A stretch of DNA of 64,000 bases from an uncultured Candidatus Saccharibacteria bacterium (GTDB lineage Bacteria; Patescibacteriota; Minisyncoccia; Phycocordibacterales; Phycocordibacteraceae), in contig CAYXYP010000001.1 in the NCBI GenBank assembly GCA_964469405.1, positions 36,782 through 100,781 of the forward strand, in the 5' to 3' direction. Both the position numbers and the translations under genes were made by a program. The notes beneath the pieces were generated by a model that searched no databases, was not told the DNA's origin, and saw only the letters and a list, made by a program, of their open reading frames with translations. This document shows positions 27,255-37,004 of the stretch, one piece after another (within the stretch, counting starts at the first letter, position 1; every line of letters begins with the position of its first letter).

Positions 27255-29051
27255 TCAAGCTATCTCCCCTTCGGGGAAAAGTTCACCCCCGAGTGTATTA
27301 ATTTCCTCAAAAGGTATCTTCCCCCCGAGCGCCTTAATGATAGCGTCCTCACGCATGGTCAACATGCCACCTTCGCGCGCAACCGCATATATTTTTTCCT
27401 CGACCGGATCTCTAAGCACTGCTTCTTCGAGTTTTTTATTCATCTTCAGTATTTCGAAAACCCCTATACGGCCGCGCGTGCCGTTCGGACATTCGGCCGT
27501 TCCACTCGCGCGATAAAATTCACTAAACGCTGGCAATGCGCGCCGATACTCCTCTGGAACATCCGAAAATTGCTGCTCTAGAGATACTTTGATACTTTCG
27601 GTAACCGGGAAAGGCTTCCCTGCGCCTTCACAGAGTTTCTGAACGAGACGCTGTCCGATGACCGCGACCAATGTTGGTGCAATAAGGAACGGGTCAACGC
27701 CCATATCAATAAGGCGCGGAATCGCACCGACAGCGGTGTTGGTGTGTATCGTGGAGAATACGAGATGTCCCGTCAGCGCCGCTTGCACCGCAAGTACGGC
27801 GGTCTCTTTATCACGAATTTCGCCAACCATGATGACGTCCGGGTCCTGACGCAAGATAGAGCGTAGCCCATTAGCAAACGTGTACCCAATCTCGGGTCGC
27901 ACCTGACTCTGCGATACATTCGGAATTTCGTACTCAACCGGGTCTTCAAGCGAAACGACGTTTGCCGTCTCACGATCAAGTTCGGAAAGCATCGCGAAGA
28001 GAGTCGTGGACTTCCCCGATCCTGTTGGACCTGCGATAAGGATGATGCCATATGGAACTTTCATCATTTCTCGAACTTCATCAAGCTGCGTGGCGGAAAA
28101 TCCGACAGACTCGAGAGTCGCCGTGGCATCTGATTGATCGAGAATACGCATAACCACTTTCTCGCCATTTTCCGTCGGAAATGTGGAGACACGGAAATCA
28201 ATCCTATGTCCGTCGACGGTTGCTGAGAACCGTCCGTCTTGCGGTTTCCGCTTCTCATCGAGACGCATCTTCGCAAGTATTTTGATACGCGCGACAACGG
28301 CTTCGTGTACTTTCGACGGAAGCTCGAGCGAGGTATGGAGGTCGCCATCCATGCGGAAGCGAACTCGCGTCTTCGTCTGCATCGGTTCGATATGAACGTC
28401 TGACGAATGCCCCTCAATGGCGTATCGCAATATAGTTGAAACAAGTTTCGTTACCGGAGCATCTTCCTTGAGAGTTTCGCGGGATCCACCCGTAGGGAGT
28501 GGCACATCAGTATCAGTAAGTGCGATCGGACCTTCGTTCGAAGCAAACGCGTTAGAAATCGAGTTCTCGGGGCCAGTAGGAGAATCGGCCGACGTATCAT
28601 ATTCAAAAAGGGCTTTCCCGGCCTCGCCCGAAAGATTCTGATACCCAGCAAGCACACGATCGAAATCTTCTTTTGTGATAAGAAAGATTTTATAGGGAAT
28701 GCCGATTTTGCCCGAAATGAACTGGAGGGCATCAAGCGCTTCGATGTTGTCTGGATCGGTAACGCCGACTTCGAGTGCACCGTCCGCGAGATCGAGAGCT
28801 ACGAACCCATAATGACGAGCGGAGTCAATCGGGATATAGCTATACACTTCATGCGAAGCAGGAGGTTCTCCAAGTATCCGTGTGGGAATTCCATACGCCT
28901 TCCCCACTTCTTCAAGCGCACTCGGGAGCGAGATACCCCGCTCAGTAAGAACATCTGCGAGCGGGCGTTTCTTCGCAAGTTCAACCTCGACTGCTGCGCG
29001 GTCGCTTACAGAAAGGATTCCTTTATCAACAAATATTCCAAGTAGATTCAT
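27255..29051 (-). CDS. pilB: type IV pilus assembly ATPase PilB (GspE family)
   Basis: Walker A 'GPTGSGKSTT', GspE N-terminal domain. Confidence 0.9.
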   Translation of the reverse strand: MNLLGIFVDKGILSVSDRAAVEVELAKKRPLADVLTERGISLPSALEEVGKAYGIPTRILGEPPASHEVYSYIPIDSARHYGFVALDLADGALEVGVTDPDNIEALDALQFISGKIGIPYKIFLITKEDFDRVLAGYQNLSGEAGKALFEYDTSADSPTGPENSISNAFASNEGPIALTDTDVPLPTGGSRETLKEDAPVTKLVSTILRYAIEGHSSDVHIEPMQTKTRVRFRMDGDLHTSLELPSKVHEAVVARIKILAKMRLDEKRKPQDGRFSATVDGHRIDFRVSTFPTENGEKVVMRILDQSDATATLESVGFSATQLDEVREMMKVPYGIILIAGPTGSGKSTTLFAMLSELDRETANVVSLEDPVEYEIPNVSQSQVRPEIGYTFANGLRSILRQDPDVIMVGEIRDKETAVLAVQAALTGHLVFSTIHTNTAVGAIPRLIDMGVDPFLIAPTLVAVIGQRLVQKLCEGAGKPFPVTESIKVSLEQQFSDVPEEYRRALPAFSEFYRASGTAECPNGTRGRIGVFEILKMNKKLEEAVLRDPVEEKIYAVAREGGMLTMREDAIIKALGGKIPFEEINTLGGELFPEGEIA

Positions 29052-29054
29052 TAC

Positions 29055-29348
29055 TCATCTCCCGCCTATATTGGAGACGGGCGCAAAGGGATCAAGGCGG
29101 CCACTTGGTTCTGGAGCTATTTTCGTCGAAAGATCAACAAGGGCATTGAAGCGCGGGTCCGTAAATATGCCGGTATCAAATGAAGTTGGCAGTTCATTGA
29201 TGAGTGCTTTAAATTCCGTTTCTTCAGTATTTATTGATGACGTTTCGGTCAAAGGCGGCTGCTCCGACGTTCCGGTAAAAAAGTACCACGCAGCAACTGC
29301 GCCAATAACAAGGACAATAACGATGATGAATGTTGAGTTGAGTTTCAT
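29055..29348 (-). CDS. small N-terminally anchored protein of the pilus operon (PilP-like?)
   Basis: Single N-terminal TM; position between pilO-like and pilB. Confidence 0.35.
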   Translation of the reverse strand: MKLNSTFIIVIVLVIGAVAAWYFFTGTSEQPPLTETSSINTEETEFKALINELPTSFDTGIFTDPRFNALVDLSTKIAPEPSGRLDPFAPVSNIGGR

Positions 29349-29373
29349 AGTGAAAATATATACTGCTCCTCCA

Positions 29374-29940
29374 TTAGCGAAGCCAGAAGATGCGGAGCTT
29401 CATCTTATAGTTGTAGACTCCCGTATCGGAACCCTTTACATCGATATCTTGGACATCGAGAAGTCGCGTACTTTTTTCTACTTCAGTAAGGAATGCCTGA
29501 AGTGCCCCATAGGTACCGACCGCGGAAAGCGAGAGATCAATTGACCCTGTTAAGTTCGTCCGAGCGGTCGGTAACGCGCCAGAGATGAGCGGATCATCAG
29601 AACTCGCTATTGAATTTTTCGTGACGTCAATATTTGAGAGCGAAAGACCCGAACGCGATGCCAGTGCCGTCAAATCTAAGATGAGACCGACATTATCGAC
29701 CGAATCGGGCAGGAAAACAGAAAGACGCTCAAGATCCGCAGGGTTCATGGCATCACGCGCGGAAGCGAGAAGATTCTGCCGCGCCATATATGTGCTCGCC
29801 GCAGTAAGAGCTTGCTCATCAGAAATGATGGCGGCCTTTGTTGCGGCTATCGTAACAGTCCATGTCGGATTGATATAACCAAAGAATATACCTATGGCGG
29901 CGGTGAAAGCGAGCAGTGGCAAAATTCGTTCAAATATCAT
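29374..29940 (-). CDS. pilO: PilO-like pilus assembly protein
   Basis: Bitopic protein with a coiled-coil; operon position. Confidence 0.5.
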   Translation of the reverse strand: MIFERILPLLAFTAAIGIFFGYINPTWTVTIAATKAAIISDEQALTAASTYMARQNLLASARDAMNPADLERLSVFLPDSVDNVGLILDLTALASRSGLSLSNIDVTKNSIASSDDPLISGALPTARTNLTGSIDLSLSAVGTYGALQAFLTEVEKSTRLLDVQDIDVKGSDTGVYNYKMKLRIFWLR

Positions 29941-30587
29941 GGTGTAGGAGTGGTCGGCGAGCTCCCTTGCGGAGCAGGTTCAGGAACTACCGGTGAAAAT
30001 ACGATGACTTTTGGATCGAGTGTGGCAGTAAGCGAAAAAGAAACCGAGCTGTCCTTTGAGTTCACGATGATGTTCGAGAAGACGGCATCTTTGATATGAC
30101 CGTCAGTGGCAAATGCCGAGGATGCAGCTGCGAGCGCGTTGAAACTCTTGGCAAAACCTGTACCCTCAATTTTCGCACCTTTTGCATCAGTCAACACAAG
30201 ATTCAGTGATATAAAACGGACCGTAGAAGGCATTACCGTCTCAAGTAGGGCAAAGAATCCTGAGAACGCAGAGTGGCCCGCGAGGAGCGATGCTCCAGTT
30301 TCAAGTCGGTTGCGAAGTCGGATGAAACTCTCAACCAGAGTTACATCTATCGCTGATTTTGCCTTCGCCAACTCAGCATCTTTGACTGACTTAGTACTAG
30401 AAAGAATCTGATTGTAGGAAAAAACTCCGACCGCAAGCGCAAAAATAACTCCAAGAACGATGTATGCGAAAATACCGAACGTGTTGCTTAAATCTTTATT
30501 GAATCGATGCGTGGTCGCACCAGCAGAGTGCGGGACAAATGAAGTTGGTATCGTGGAAGGAAGCATTTCGTTATTAGTATACGACAC
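29937..30587 (-). CDS. pilN: PilN-like pilus assembly protein
   Basis: Bitopic protein; operon position after pilM. Confidence 0.5.
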   Translation of the reverse strand: MSYTNNEMLPSTIPTSFVPHSAGATTHRFNKDLSNTFGIFAYIVLGVIFALAVGVFSYNQILSSTKSVKDAELAKAKSAIDVTLVESFIRLRNRLETGASLLAGHSAFSGFFALLETVMPSTVRFISLNLVLTDAKGAKIEGTGFAKSFNALAAASSAFATDGHIKDAVFSNIIVNSKDSSVSFSLTATLDPKVIVFSPVVPEPAPQGSSPTTPTP

Positions 30588-30727
30588 TTACGCAAGCTGC
30601 ACATAGCACATCTGTGCAAAACTTCTTACACCATACTTTGAGACGGCATTCTTGCACGCATTGTAAACGACACACTTCACTAAAATCAATCCGGGTTCTT
30701 TGTTCGTTTGCTGTGGGAATTCCGAAA

Positions 30728-31816
30728 TTAAACTTCGTCAAGTTTTCGCATTGCAAGACCCACCGCAACCGCAAATTCGGGACCAATACTTTCAAGAACT
30801 GGGCGCATAAAGGCTGGAGCCTCGGTCTTCGCAAAAGGATCCGCGACATGCACGTCAATTGAGAAGACACCTTTTGCATACTCACCAAGCTCTTTAGTAA
30901 CACCACCACCGCCTGTGAGCACGATAGAAGTAATTGATTTCTGATGCTCCGTCTCATACTGCATGAGCACGCGTCGTGCCTCCGCAAAAATACGTGAGAA
31001 GACGAGCTCGAGTGGTCCGCCATTTACAAAACCTTCTTTTTTCTTCAGAGCCTCCGCGGCAGCGATAGAGACGTTACCTGAAATCGAAATGGCACGTGTA
31101 ATATCCTGACTCCCGGTATTTATGGCGTGCGAAAGCGCCACGACTCCATGCTCGATGACATACGTCTTCGTCGAAGCAGCGCCGATATCGAGCACCATAA
31201 CCGGTTTTATTGAATTCTCAACCACCGCACGAATGGTGCTGAAAATCTCAATCTCATAAAAGCTCGCCGAGAGTCCTGCATCGCGCACCACGTTTTGCAG
31301 CAACGAAAGTTCATCATTATGGACCGCAACAAGGAGCACTTCAACCTTTTTACCCCGCTGATCAGCACTTGAAGGATTCTCTTTCGCAGGAGACTTGGGA
31401 TTCTCTTTGGGTACGATGAACCAATCAAGTTGTACTTCGCTCGCAGCCACCGGGATATACTTACGCGCCTCAAGCTGAATAACCGTCTCTTGTTCTTTCG
31501 GATCGGCACGGTACGGCAACTCGACGAGGGTAAGTAAAGAGCGAGAGAATGGTATCGATACGCCACAATTAGTGGCCGTCACTTTCGATTCGCGCAACAA
31601 ATCATTCAGAGATTCGGTAATCTGTTCCGCGGAAAGATTCGTAGCTTGACCAACCTCCCCTCCACTATACGGACCGAGCGCAAGCTCTCCATACGTTTCA
31701 AGCACCGCCCGTCCGTGCTCCTTGCGCAACTGGACAACCTTGAGCGACGAAGAGCCGATGTCAATGCCAAGAACACTCTTGTCCTCTTTCGCAAAAAAAC
31801 TACTAAGAAACGACAT
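30728..31816 (-). CDS. pilM: type IV pilus assembly protein PilM (actin-like ATPase fold)
   Basis: 'VLGIDIGSSSLKVVQL' N-terminal actin-fold motif. Confidence 0.8.
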   Translation of the reverse strand: MSFLSSFFAKEDKSVLGIDIGSSSLKVVQLRKEHGRAVLETYGELALGPYSGGEVGQATNLSAEQITESLNDLLRESKVTATNCGVSIPFSRSLLTLVELPYRADPKEQETVIQLEARKYIPVAASEVQLDWFIVPKENPKSPAKENPSSADQRGKKVEVLLVAVHNDELSLLQNVVRDAGLSASFYEIEIFSTIRAVVENSIKPVMVLDIGAASTKTYVIEHGVVALSHAINTGSQDITRAISISGNVSIAAAEALKKKEGFVNGGPLELVFSRIFAEARRVLMQYETEHQKSITSIVLTGGGGVTKELGEYAKGVFSIDVHVADPFAKTEAPAFMRPVLESIGPEFAVAVGLAMRKLDEV

Positions 31817-31830
31817 GGGATAATACTACC

Positions 31831-32448
31831 ATGTGGTCGATGCAATACTGGTTTGATTTCCTCTTCCCTCCCCGGAAGGACGAGGTCGCGTTACGGGATA
31901 TCCCCATCTCCACATTTCTCGCCCTTATGTCCCCGACGCTGATACCCGCCACGAAGCCTGAGACGATGACTCTACTTCCATTCCACAACACTTCAGTACG
32001 CTCGGTTATTCACGAGGCGAAGTACCACGGCAGTGAGCGCGCTTTTGAATTTCTCGCCGCCACGCTTACCAAATACTTGCGTGATGCCAATGAAGGATTC
32101 CGTAACCCCATTATCGTGCCGATGCCGCTTGGCAACAAGCGAAGCAAGAAACGTGGCTTTAATCAGGTTGTGGAAATTGTTAAACGCGCCGTAATAGATC
32201 TTGATATCAGTATAGATGAGACCATTCTCAAACGGACGCGCGAAACAGTCTCTCAAGTCTCACTCCCCCGTCATAAGCGCGAAGAAAATATGCGTGGAGC
32301 ATTTATAACAACACACCCCGCCGACCCTTCTCGCACATATATAGTCATAGACGACGTCATCACCACTGGGGCGACGCTCCAAGCCGCTATTGATGCGCTA
32401 CAGAAAGCAGGTGCCAAACGCATCCGGTCGCTCGCTCTCGCTCATTAA
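31831..32448 (+). CDS. comFC: ComF-family phosphoribosyltransferase-domain protein
   Basis: C-terminal PRTase motif 'YIVIDDVITTGATL'. Confidence 0.7.
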   Translation: MWSMQYWFDFLFPPRKDEVALRDIPISTFLALMSPTLIPATKPETMTLLPFHNTSVRSVIHEAKYHGSERAFEFLAATLTKYLRDANEGFRNPIIVPMPLGNKRSKKRGFNQVVEIVKRAVIDLDISIDETILKRTRETVSQVSLPRHKREENMRGAFITTHPADPSRTYIVIDDVITTGATLQAAIDALQKAGAKRIRSLALAH

Positions 32449-32470
32449 ATTTGGTACTGTGGCGCAATAC

Positions 32471-32559
32471 GGAGGGGTCGCATAGAGGCCTAGTGCGGCG
32501 GGTTGCTAACTCGCTATACGAGTAAAATCGTATCGAGGGTTCGAATCCCTCCCCCTCCG
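32471..32559 (+). tRNA. tRNA-Ser (anticodon GCU), class II with long variable arm, no encoded CCA
   Basis: Acceptor GGAGGGG/CCCCTCC, anticodon loop UUGCUAA, variable stem AUACGA/UCGUAU, T-arm GAGGG-UUCGAAU-CCCUC. Confidence 0.85.
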
Positions 32560-32579
32560 CAGCGAGCATAGTGAGCCAA

Positions 32580-32672
32580 GGAGGGGGAGGGATTCGAACC
32601 GCGGGCCGCAGGTCTCGAAGAGAGACCGTAGGTTTCGAGCACAGCAGTGCGAGAGGCGAATCCCTCCCCCCG
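32580..32672. repeat. inverted copy of the tRNA-Ser 3' end plus a degenerate direct copy; not a foldable tRNA
   Basis: 'GGAGGGGGAGGGATTCGAACC' (32580-32600) is the exact reverse complement of the tRNA-Ser 3' 21 nt; 'CGAGAGGCGAATCCCTCCCCCC' (32651-32672) is a degenerate direct copy. Confidence 0.6.
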
Positions 32673-32866
32673 ATCTTTGTTGATTCGTAATTATTTTTTA
32701 ATGTGTTATAATATAAAAAAGACGTCCCCAGATATGTTACGTTCATCTGCAGTGTGTAACATTTCCGCCCCCCGTACGGCGTACTTCTAGAGCTCATACC
32801 TTGGCTAAAATGGCCAGAATCATGTTAATGCCGCGACGAATTAATAAATAAATTATAAAAAACGTT

Positions 32867-33424
32867 ATGAACGTTAATGCTGTATTGGTTTCTGGGCTTA
32901 TAGGTGCACTTATGCTGATTTTATTGGCTCCTTCGGAAATCGTGTTTGCAAGAGGCGGCACTGGAGGAGGTGGCAGTATTGCGCCCACGATCCTGCAAGT
33001 AGCCGGGACATGGCGTGGCGTAGCTAACTACAACCCTGCGACTAGTGCCCTGCGTTCTGGTGCACCATTTTATCGAGAAGTTGAGCTCACTCTGACGCAG
33101 AGCGGAAAGAATCTAACGGGTCTATTGACACTCCAGTTCTTCCACCCGTTTGAAGGCTGGGATTATATATTTCACGGCACACCAATTCTCGGTACCGCAT
33201 CAAATAATTCGATGAAAATAGACGTTGATCGCTCCCTCTACAGCATGAAACACGATTACCAGATGAGCGAAACTGGCACAACTATCTGCCCTGACGGAAG
33301 CACGGGACGCGTTCTAAGCGGAACCTTCAGTGATTTTGACATTAACGGCACTGGTTCCGGAACCGTCTCACTCAATAATTGTCCTGCGACAACTCCCTTA
33401 CTCAATAAAATGACGGTTCTCTAA
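32867..33424 (+). CDS. secreted hypothetical protein (signal peptide, Gly-rich linker)
   Basis: Hydrophobic N-terminus, GGTGGGG linker. Confidence 0.5.
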   Translation: MNVNAVLVSGLIGALMLILLAPSEIVFARGGTGGGGSIAPTILQVAGTWRGVANYNPATSALRSGAPFYREVELTLTQSGKNLTGLLTLQFFHPFEGWDYIFHGTPILGTASNNSMKIDVDRSLYSMKHDYQMSETGTTICPDGSTGRVLSGTFSDFDINGTGSGTVSLNNCPATTPLLNKMTVL

Positions 33425-33443
33425 AACATTTTCCTTTAAAAGA

Positions 33444-33488
33444 AAAAGAAACGCCATTCATTCGAATGAATGGCGTTTCTTTTTCTAT
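33444..33488 (+). terminator. rho-independent terminator
   Basis: 'GAAACGCCATTCATTCGAATGAATGGCGTTTC' perfect palindrome followed by TTTTTC. Confidence 0.8.
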
Positions 33489-33494
33489 ACCGTT

Positions 33495-33523
33495 TTGACA
33501 CCGATGCATAATAATGCTATTGT
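33495..33523 (+). promoter_or_regulatory. sigma70-like promoter TTGACA-17-TATTGT
   Basis: Consensus -35 with 17-nt spacer; ~80 nt upstream of the 33602 ORF, which has a strong SD (GGAGAGGAGG). Confidence 0.45.
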
Positions 33524-33601
33524 CAAAATAGATAGTTCTGAGCCATTGTGGCCCAGGGAATGCAGCCCTTTTATATGTAACCTCGGGAGAGGAGGCGTCA
33601 T

Positions 33602-33922
33602 ATGAGTGATGTTATTTCTTTGCCTGGAAGAAGCGAGATGCTTCGCCAGCTATGCACAGTAAACAACAACGAGTGGCACCGGATGTTCCTCTATCCGACG
33701 ATTCTCAGAGCATCCGGGCAACAAAAGGGGCCTCATGGAATAGTTGGTCTCATTATCGACGCCATCGATGTATGCACGGTGGGTATGCCCTTCACAATGG
33801 TGAAATCCATTCGCAAACAGGTCCCCTCCTTCATCGACGCCATTGTCATCTCCCATAACGTCAGGGAGCGGGCAAAAATCCTCTTCGAGCGGGAGCACGG
33901 GGACAGATTTAATCTTCTATAG
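33602..33922 (+). CDS. hypothetical 106-aa protein
   Basis: Strong SD; no recognisable motif. Confidence 0.5.
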   Translation: MSDVISLPGRSEMLRQLCTVNNNEWHRMFLYPTILRASGQQKGPHGIVGLIIDAIDVCTVGMPFTMVKSIRKQVPSFIDAIVISHNVRERAKILFEREHGDRFNLL

Positions 33923-34015
33923 ACAAAAGTAGGAAGAGCGCACGTACCTCCCTGGTACGGCGCTCTTTTCTTTATTCTTCCAAAAAAAAGAAAGAGTGTG
34001 TGCTTAAATGCCTGT

Positions 34016-34513
34016 ATGAATGGGAAAAATATTGTGGTGAGTCTATTGATTTTAATTTCCGTCCTTGCTGGACTAACATGGTATGCAGTATCGATACAGA
34101 GCACGCCGACAGGGCCCTCACTAGAATATAAGAACAATCACTATGGCTTTCGCTTTGTATTGCCCATAACCTGGGAACGATACACGGTCACAACCGCTAC
34201 ATGGAAAGGATACGCGGTTGATTCTGAAGGTGAAGTTCCCGCCGAAGAGGGTCCGATAATTTCTATCCGGCATCCGCTTTGGGCCGTGGATGTGCCCCGG
34301 CAAGATATACCAATTATGGTTTTTACGAAGGCACAGTGGGACTCGTTGCAACAAGGTAAATTTCACATCGGTGCAGCGCCTATTGGGCCGCGTGAACTTG
34401 GGCGAAATAATCTCTATGTATTCGCCCTTCCCGCTCGATACAACTTTGCATTCCCGGTTGGGTATGAAGAGGTGGATATAATTCTAGAAAGCAATCCTTT
34501 ACGTACGTTCTGA
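34016..34513 (+). CDS. hypothetical secreted/lipoprotein-like protein
   Basis: N-terminal TM/signal 'IVVSLLILISVLAGLTW'. Confidence 0.5.
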   Translation: MNGKNIVVSLLILISVLAGLTWYAVSIQSTPTGPSLEYKNNHYGFRFVLPITWERYTVTTATWKGYAVDSEGEVPAEEGPIISIRHPLWAVDVPRQDIPIMVFTKAQWDSLQQGKFHIGAAPIGPRELGRNNLYVFALPARYNFAFPVGYEEVDIILESNPLRTF

Positions 34514-34624
34514 GAACTAACGATGCACAGCGTCATCAGTTCTTGTTTTGACAGCGAGAGCTCGCGCAGAAAAGAAAACTCGGCGCATATGCACCGAGTT
34601 TTCTTTTCTGCATGAATTCAGATT

Positions 34625-34700
34625 TACCAGATTCACTACCAAGCGAGTGAGAGAAAAGGGAGATTCTGATTTCTCTTTTCCGAACGAGCGAAGGGACCAA
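34625..34700 (+). repeat. third, degenerate and inverted copy of the pilin leader repeat, followed by a pilin-like 5' gene fragment
   Basis: 'cactaccaagcgagtgagagaaaagggag...ttttccgaacgagcgaagggacc' aligns with copies 1 and 2; no ATG retained. Confidence 0.5.
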
Positions 34701-34716
34701 GCTCGGCTTTGCGAGC

Positions 34717-34956
34717 TTACATTCCCGCCCCTGCATTCTCGCAGTGACGACAATCATACTTGTGTGTAATTACGAGATGCACTGCTGAGAGCCCAACGAG
34801 AACATAGACGAGACTTTCGACCGATGACCATGAACCGAGAAGCATATGTACGACATTCCAGTCAGCACCACCCATAAAGCCTGCGAGACCAACGAGACCC
34901 CAGTTCACGCCGCCGACAATCACGAGGACAAACTCTACCATGTGCATTGCTTTCAT
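34717..34956 (-). CDS. DUF378-family small membrane protein
   Basis: 'GGVNWGLVGLAGF' hallmark motif. Confidence 0.6.
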   Translation of the reverse strand: MKAMHMVEFVLVIVGGVNWGLVGLAGFMGGADWNVVHMLLGSWSSVESLVYVLVGLSAVHLVITHKYDCRHCENAGAGM

Positions 34957-35067
34957 ACGGATGAATAAAAATGATTAAAGCGGGACTAGTGGTGTCCGCT
35001 CCCTACAGTATGACTCTTTCTTGGATAGTTTGGGGTCGTCTAGTAACCACCTGTGTAGAACCCGGGA

Positions 35068-35739
35068 TTAGCGAGGACCGGAAACAATCTTTCCATCATC
35101 GAGTCTAACGATGCGCTCGGCAAACCGTGAAAATTCTTCTTCGTGCGTCACCATAATAATGGTCTGACCTCCCTTATGTAGTTCCTTGAAAATACCCATC
35201 ACAGTCGCGGAAGATTCTTTATCAAGATTCGCAGTCGGCTCATCGGCAAATAAAACGTCCGGTGTGTGTGCGATAGCGCGCGAAATCGAGACGCGCTGTT
35301 GCTCACCGCCCGAAAGCTGACTCGGGAGATTATCGAGACGCTTCCCGAGACCGACTCGCTCGAGTGCTACGGTCGCTTTTGCGTCTGCAGCAGCACGTGA
35401 TGCCCCCTGCATATAAAGTGGCAGTGCGACGTTCTCAAGTGCCGTGAGCTCCGGTAGGAGCGCATAATCCTGGAAAACGTAGCCGAATTCAGCAAGACGG
35501 AACAACATCTTATCGCGCTCGCTCATCACACGAGTATCCTTACCATTGATACGTATCTCACCGGATGTCGGCTCATCCAAGAGCGATATCTGATACAGAA
35601 GAGTGCTCTTCCCCGCTCCTGAACGACCCATGATCGCAATGAATTCTCCGGTATTCGCGGTAAAATCGATGCCCTTTAATACCCGAGTTTCAATCGGACC
35701 GTCTTTGAACGACTTGACCAAATTTTTAACTTCAATCAT
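35068..35739 (-). CDS. ABC transporter ATP-binding protein (MacB/LolD/FtsE-like)
   Basis: Walker A 'GRSGAGKST', signature 'LSGGEQQR', Walker B. Confidence 0.85.
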   Translation of the reverse strand: MIEVKNLVKSFKDGPIETRVLKGIDFTANTGEFIAIMGRSGAGKSTLLYQISLLDEPTSGEIRINGKDTRVMSERDKMLFRLAEFGYVFQDYALLPELTALENVALPLYMQGASRAAADAKATVALERVGLGKRLDNLPSQLSGGEQQRVSISRAIAHTPDVLFADEPTANLDKESSATVMGIFKELHKGGQTIIMVTHEEEFSRFAERIVRLDDGKIVSGPR

Positions 35740-35742
35740 ATA

Positions 35743-36999
35743 TTAATTGCGGCCGAGAATGGAATCGAGGGTATTCCTACGCACGATCATGCGCGATGGC
35801 AAATACCCCGCGATGACGGTCGTGAGAACGAGAAGCCCAATACGTATAGCCGTACCATCAACAGGCGCGACGAGAATGCCGTCGCTAAATGGAAAATCAA
35901 TGGGGTGCGCCGCGACCGCAGGTACGAGAATTCCGTACAAAACGAGAAGTCCTATTCCGGAACCAATGCTGGCATAAAAGAGTGACTGAAAGACGTACGA
36001 GATTTCTATAGCCTGACCTGAAATACCGATACCCTTTAAAATACCGATGAATTTCCGTCGCGTAATGGCATTAATGAAAATGACTATGAAGATAGTGATC
36101 GCTGCGACGACAAGCCCGATGGAACTGAAGCCATTCCCAAGCATCGCGAAAGTCGTCTTTATATCAGCGACGCCATTCGGAATCGAGTCGGTAAACGTCT
36201 GTACTTTTGCTTTCTCTCCAATGCCACTCCGCAGAAGAAGATTTTTGAAATCATCCGGATCGCTCCCTGGGATAAGACGTATGGCTATCTGCGCGACGTT
36301 TTGATCGGTGCGACCCATGAGCGTGCGCAGTTCCGTCGCTGGTATGAAAATACTCGTCGCAAGCAAAGCGATCTTACTTTTCACCACACCCTTCACGATA
36401 ACTTCGCGCGTGGAACCGTTTATCGTAAGACGAACTTTGGTACCTGGAGCAACATCCGTGAGCGGAGTGAGGCCAGGCTGCTCTCCAAACGCATACTTCG
36501 CGAGTAAATAGTTGCCGACAAGAATCTGATCATAGTCCCCTTTGGAGAGATACGCTCCATCGATAAGATGGCTGGAGAGTGCCGTAAAAGCATCCTCAGC
36601 AACCGGATCAATGCCGATGACTTGCGCGCCAGTAGCGTTTGGTTTCTCCGTATCCGAAGTGCGCGTAAGATAATTCGCCTCTATAGTGCCGCCCGATTGA
36701 TAACGTTCAGTCAACAGAGACACTTGTGGCAATGTCTTTATGAATGCGATGACGCTCGGTGTATCCTCGATGTAATTCTTCGTCGTAAGCGCCGATAGGA
36801 TGACATCCCCCGTGTACTGAGTACGATAGCTTTCGTTGATACCCTCGATAAGTCCCACGAGAATACCAGTCACCACGACAAGATTGAGAAAAGTGAGGAG
36901 CATCACAAAGACAATAAGCCCCGTGGTCCACAAGCTCGCACGGCGAAGTTGCCGTACGGCGAGATAGAAACCGACACGAATATTAAGAAGTGAGAACAT
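35743..36999 (-). CDS. ABC transporter permease, FtsX/MacB-like
   Basis: N-terminal TM, large periplasmic domain, C-terminal FtsX 3-TM module. Confidence 0.75.
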   Translation of the reverse strand: MFSLLNIRVGFYLAVRQLRRASLWTTGLIVFVMLLTFLNLVVVTGILVGLIEGINESYRTQYTGDVILSALTTKNYIEDTPSVIAFIKTLPQVSLLTERYQSGGTIEANYLTRTSDTEKPNATGAQVIGIDPVAEDAFTALSSHLIDGAYLSKGDYDQILVGNYLLAKYAFGEQPGLTPLTDVAPGTKVRLTINGSTREVIVKGVVKSKIALLATSIFIPATELRTLMGRTDQNVAQIAIRLIPGSDPDDFKNLLLRSGIGEKAKVQTFTDSIPNGVADIKTTFAMLGNGFSSIGLVVAAITIFIVIFINAITRRKFIGILKGIGISGQAIEISYVFQSLFYASIGSGIGLLVLYGILVPAVAAHPIDFPFSDGILVAPVDGTAIRIGLLVLTTVIAGYLPSRMIVRRNTLDSILGRN

Positions 37000-37004
37000 G
37001 CTGC

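Noticed and set aside
32580-32672. second tRNA (for example tRNA-Sec) on either strand next to tRNA-Ser
   Set aside because: T-stem and D/anticodon arms cannot be paired; the sequence is an inverted exact copy plus a degenerate direct copy of the tRNA-Ser 3' end.
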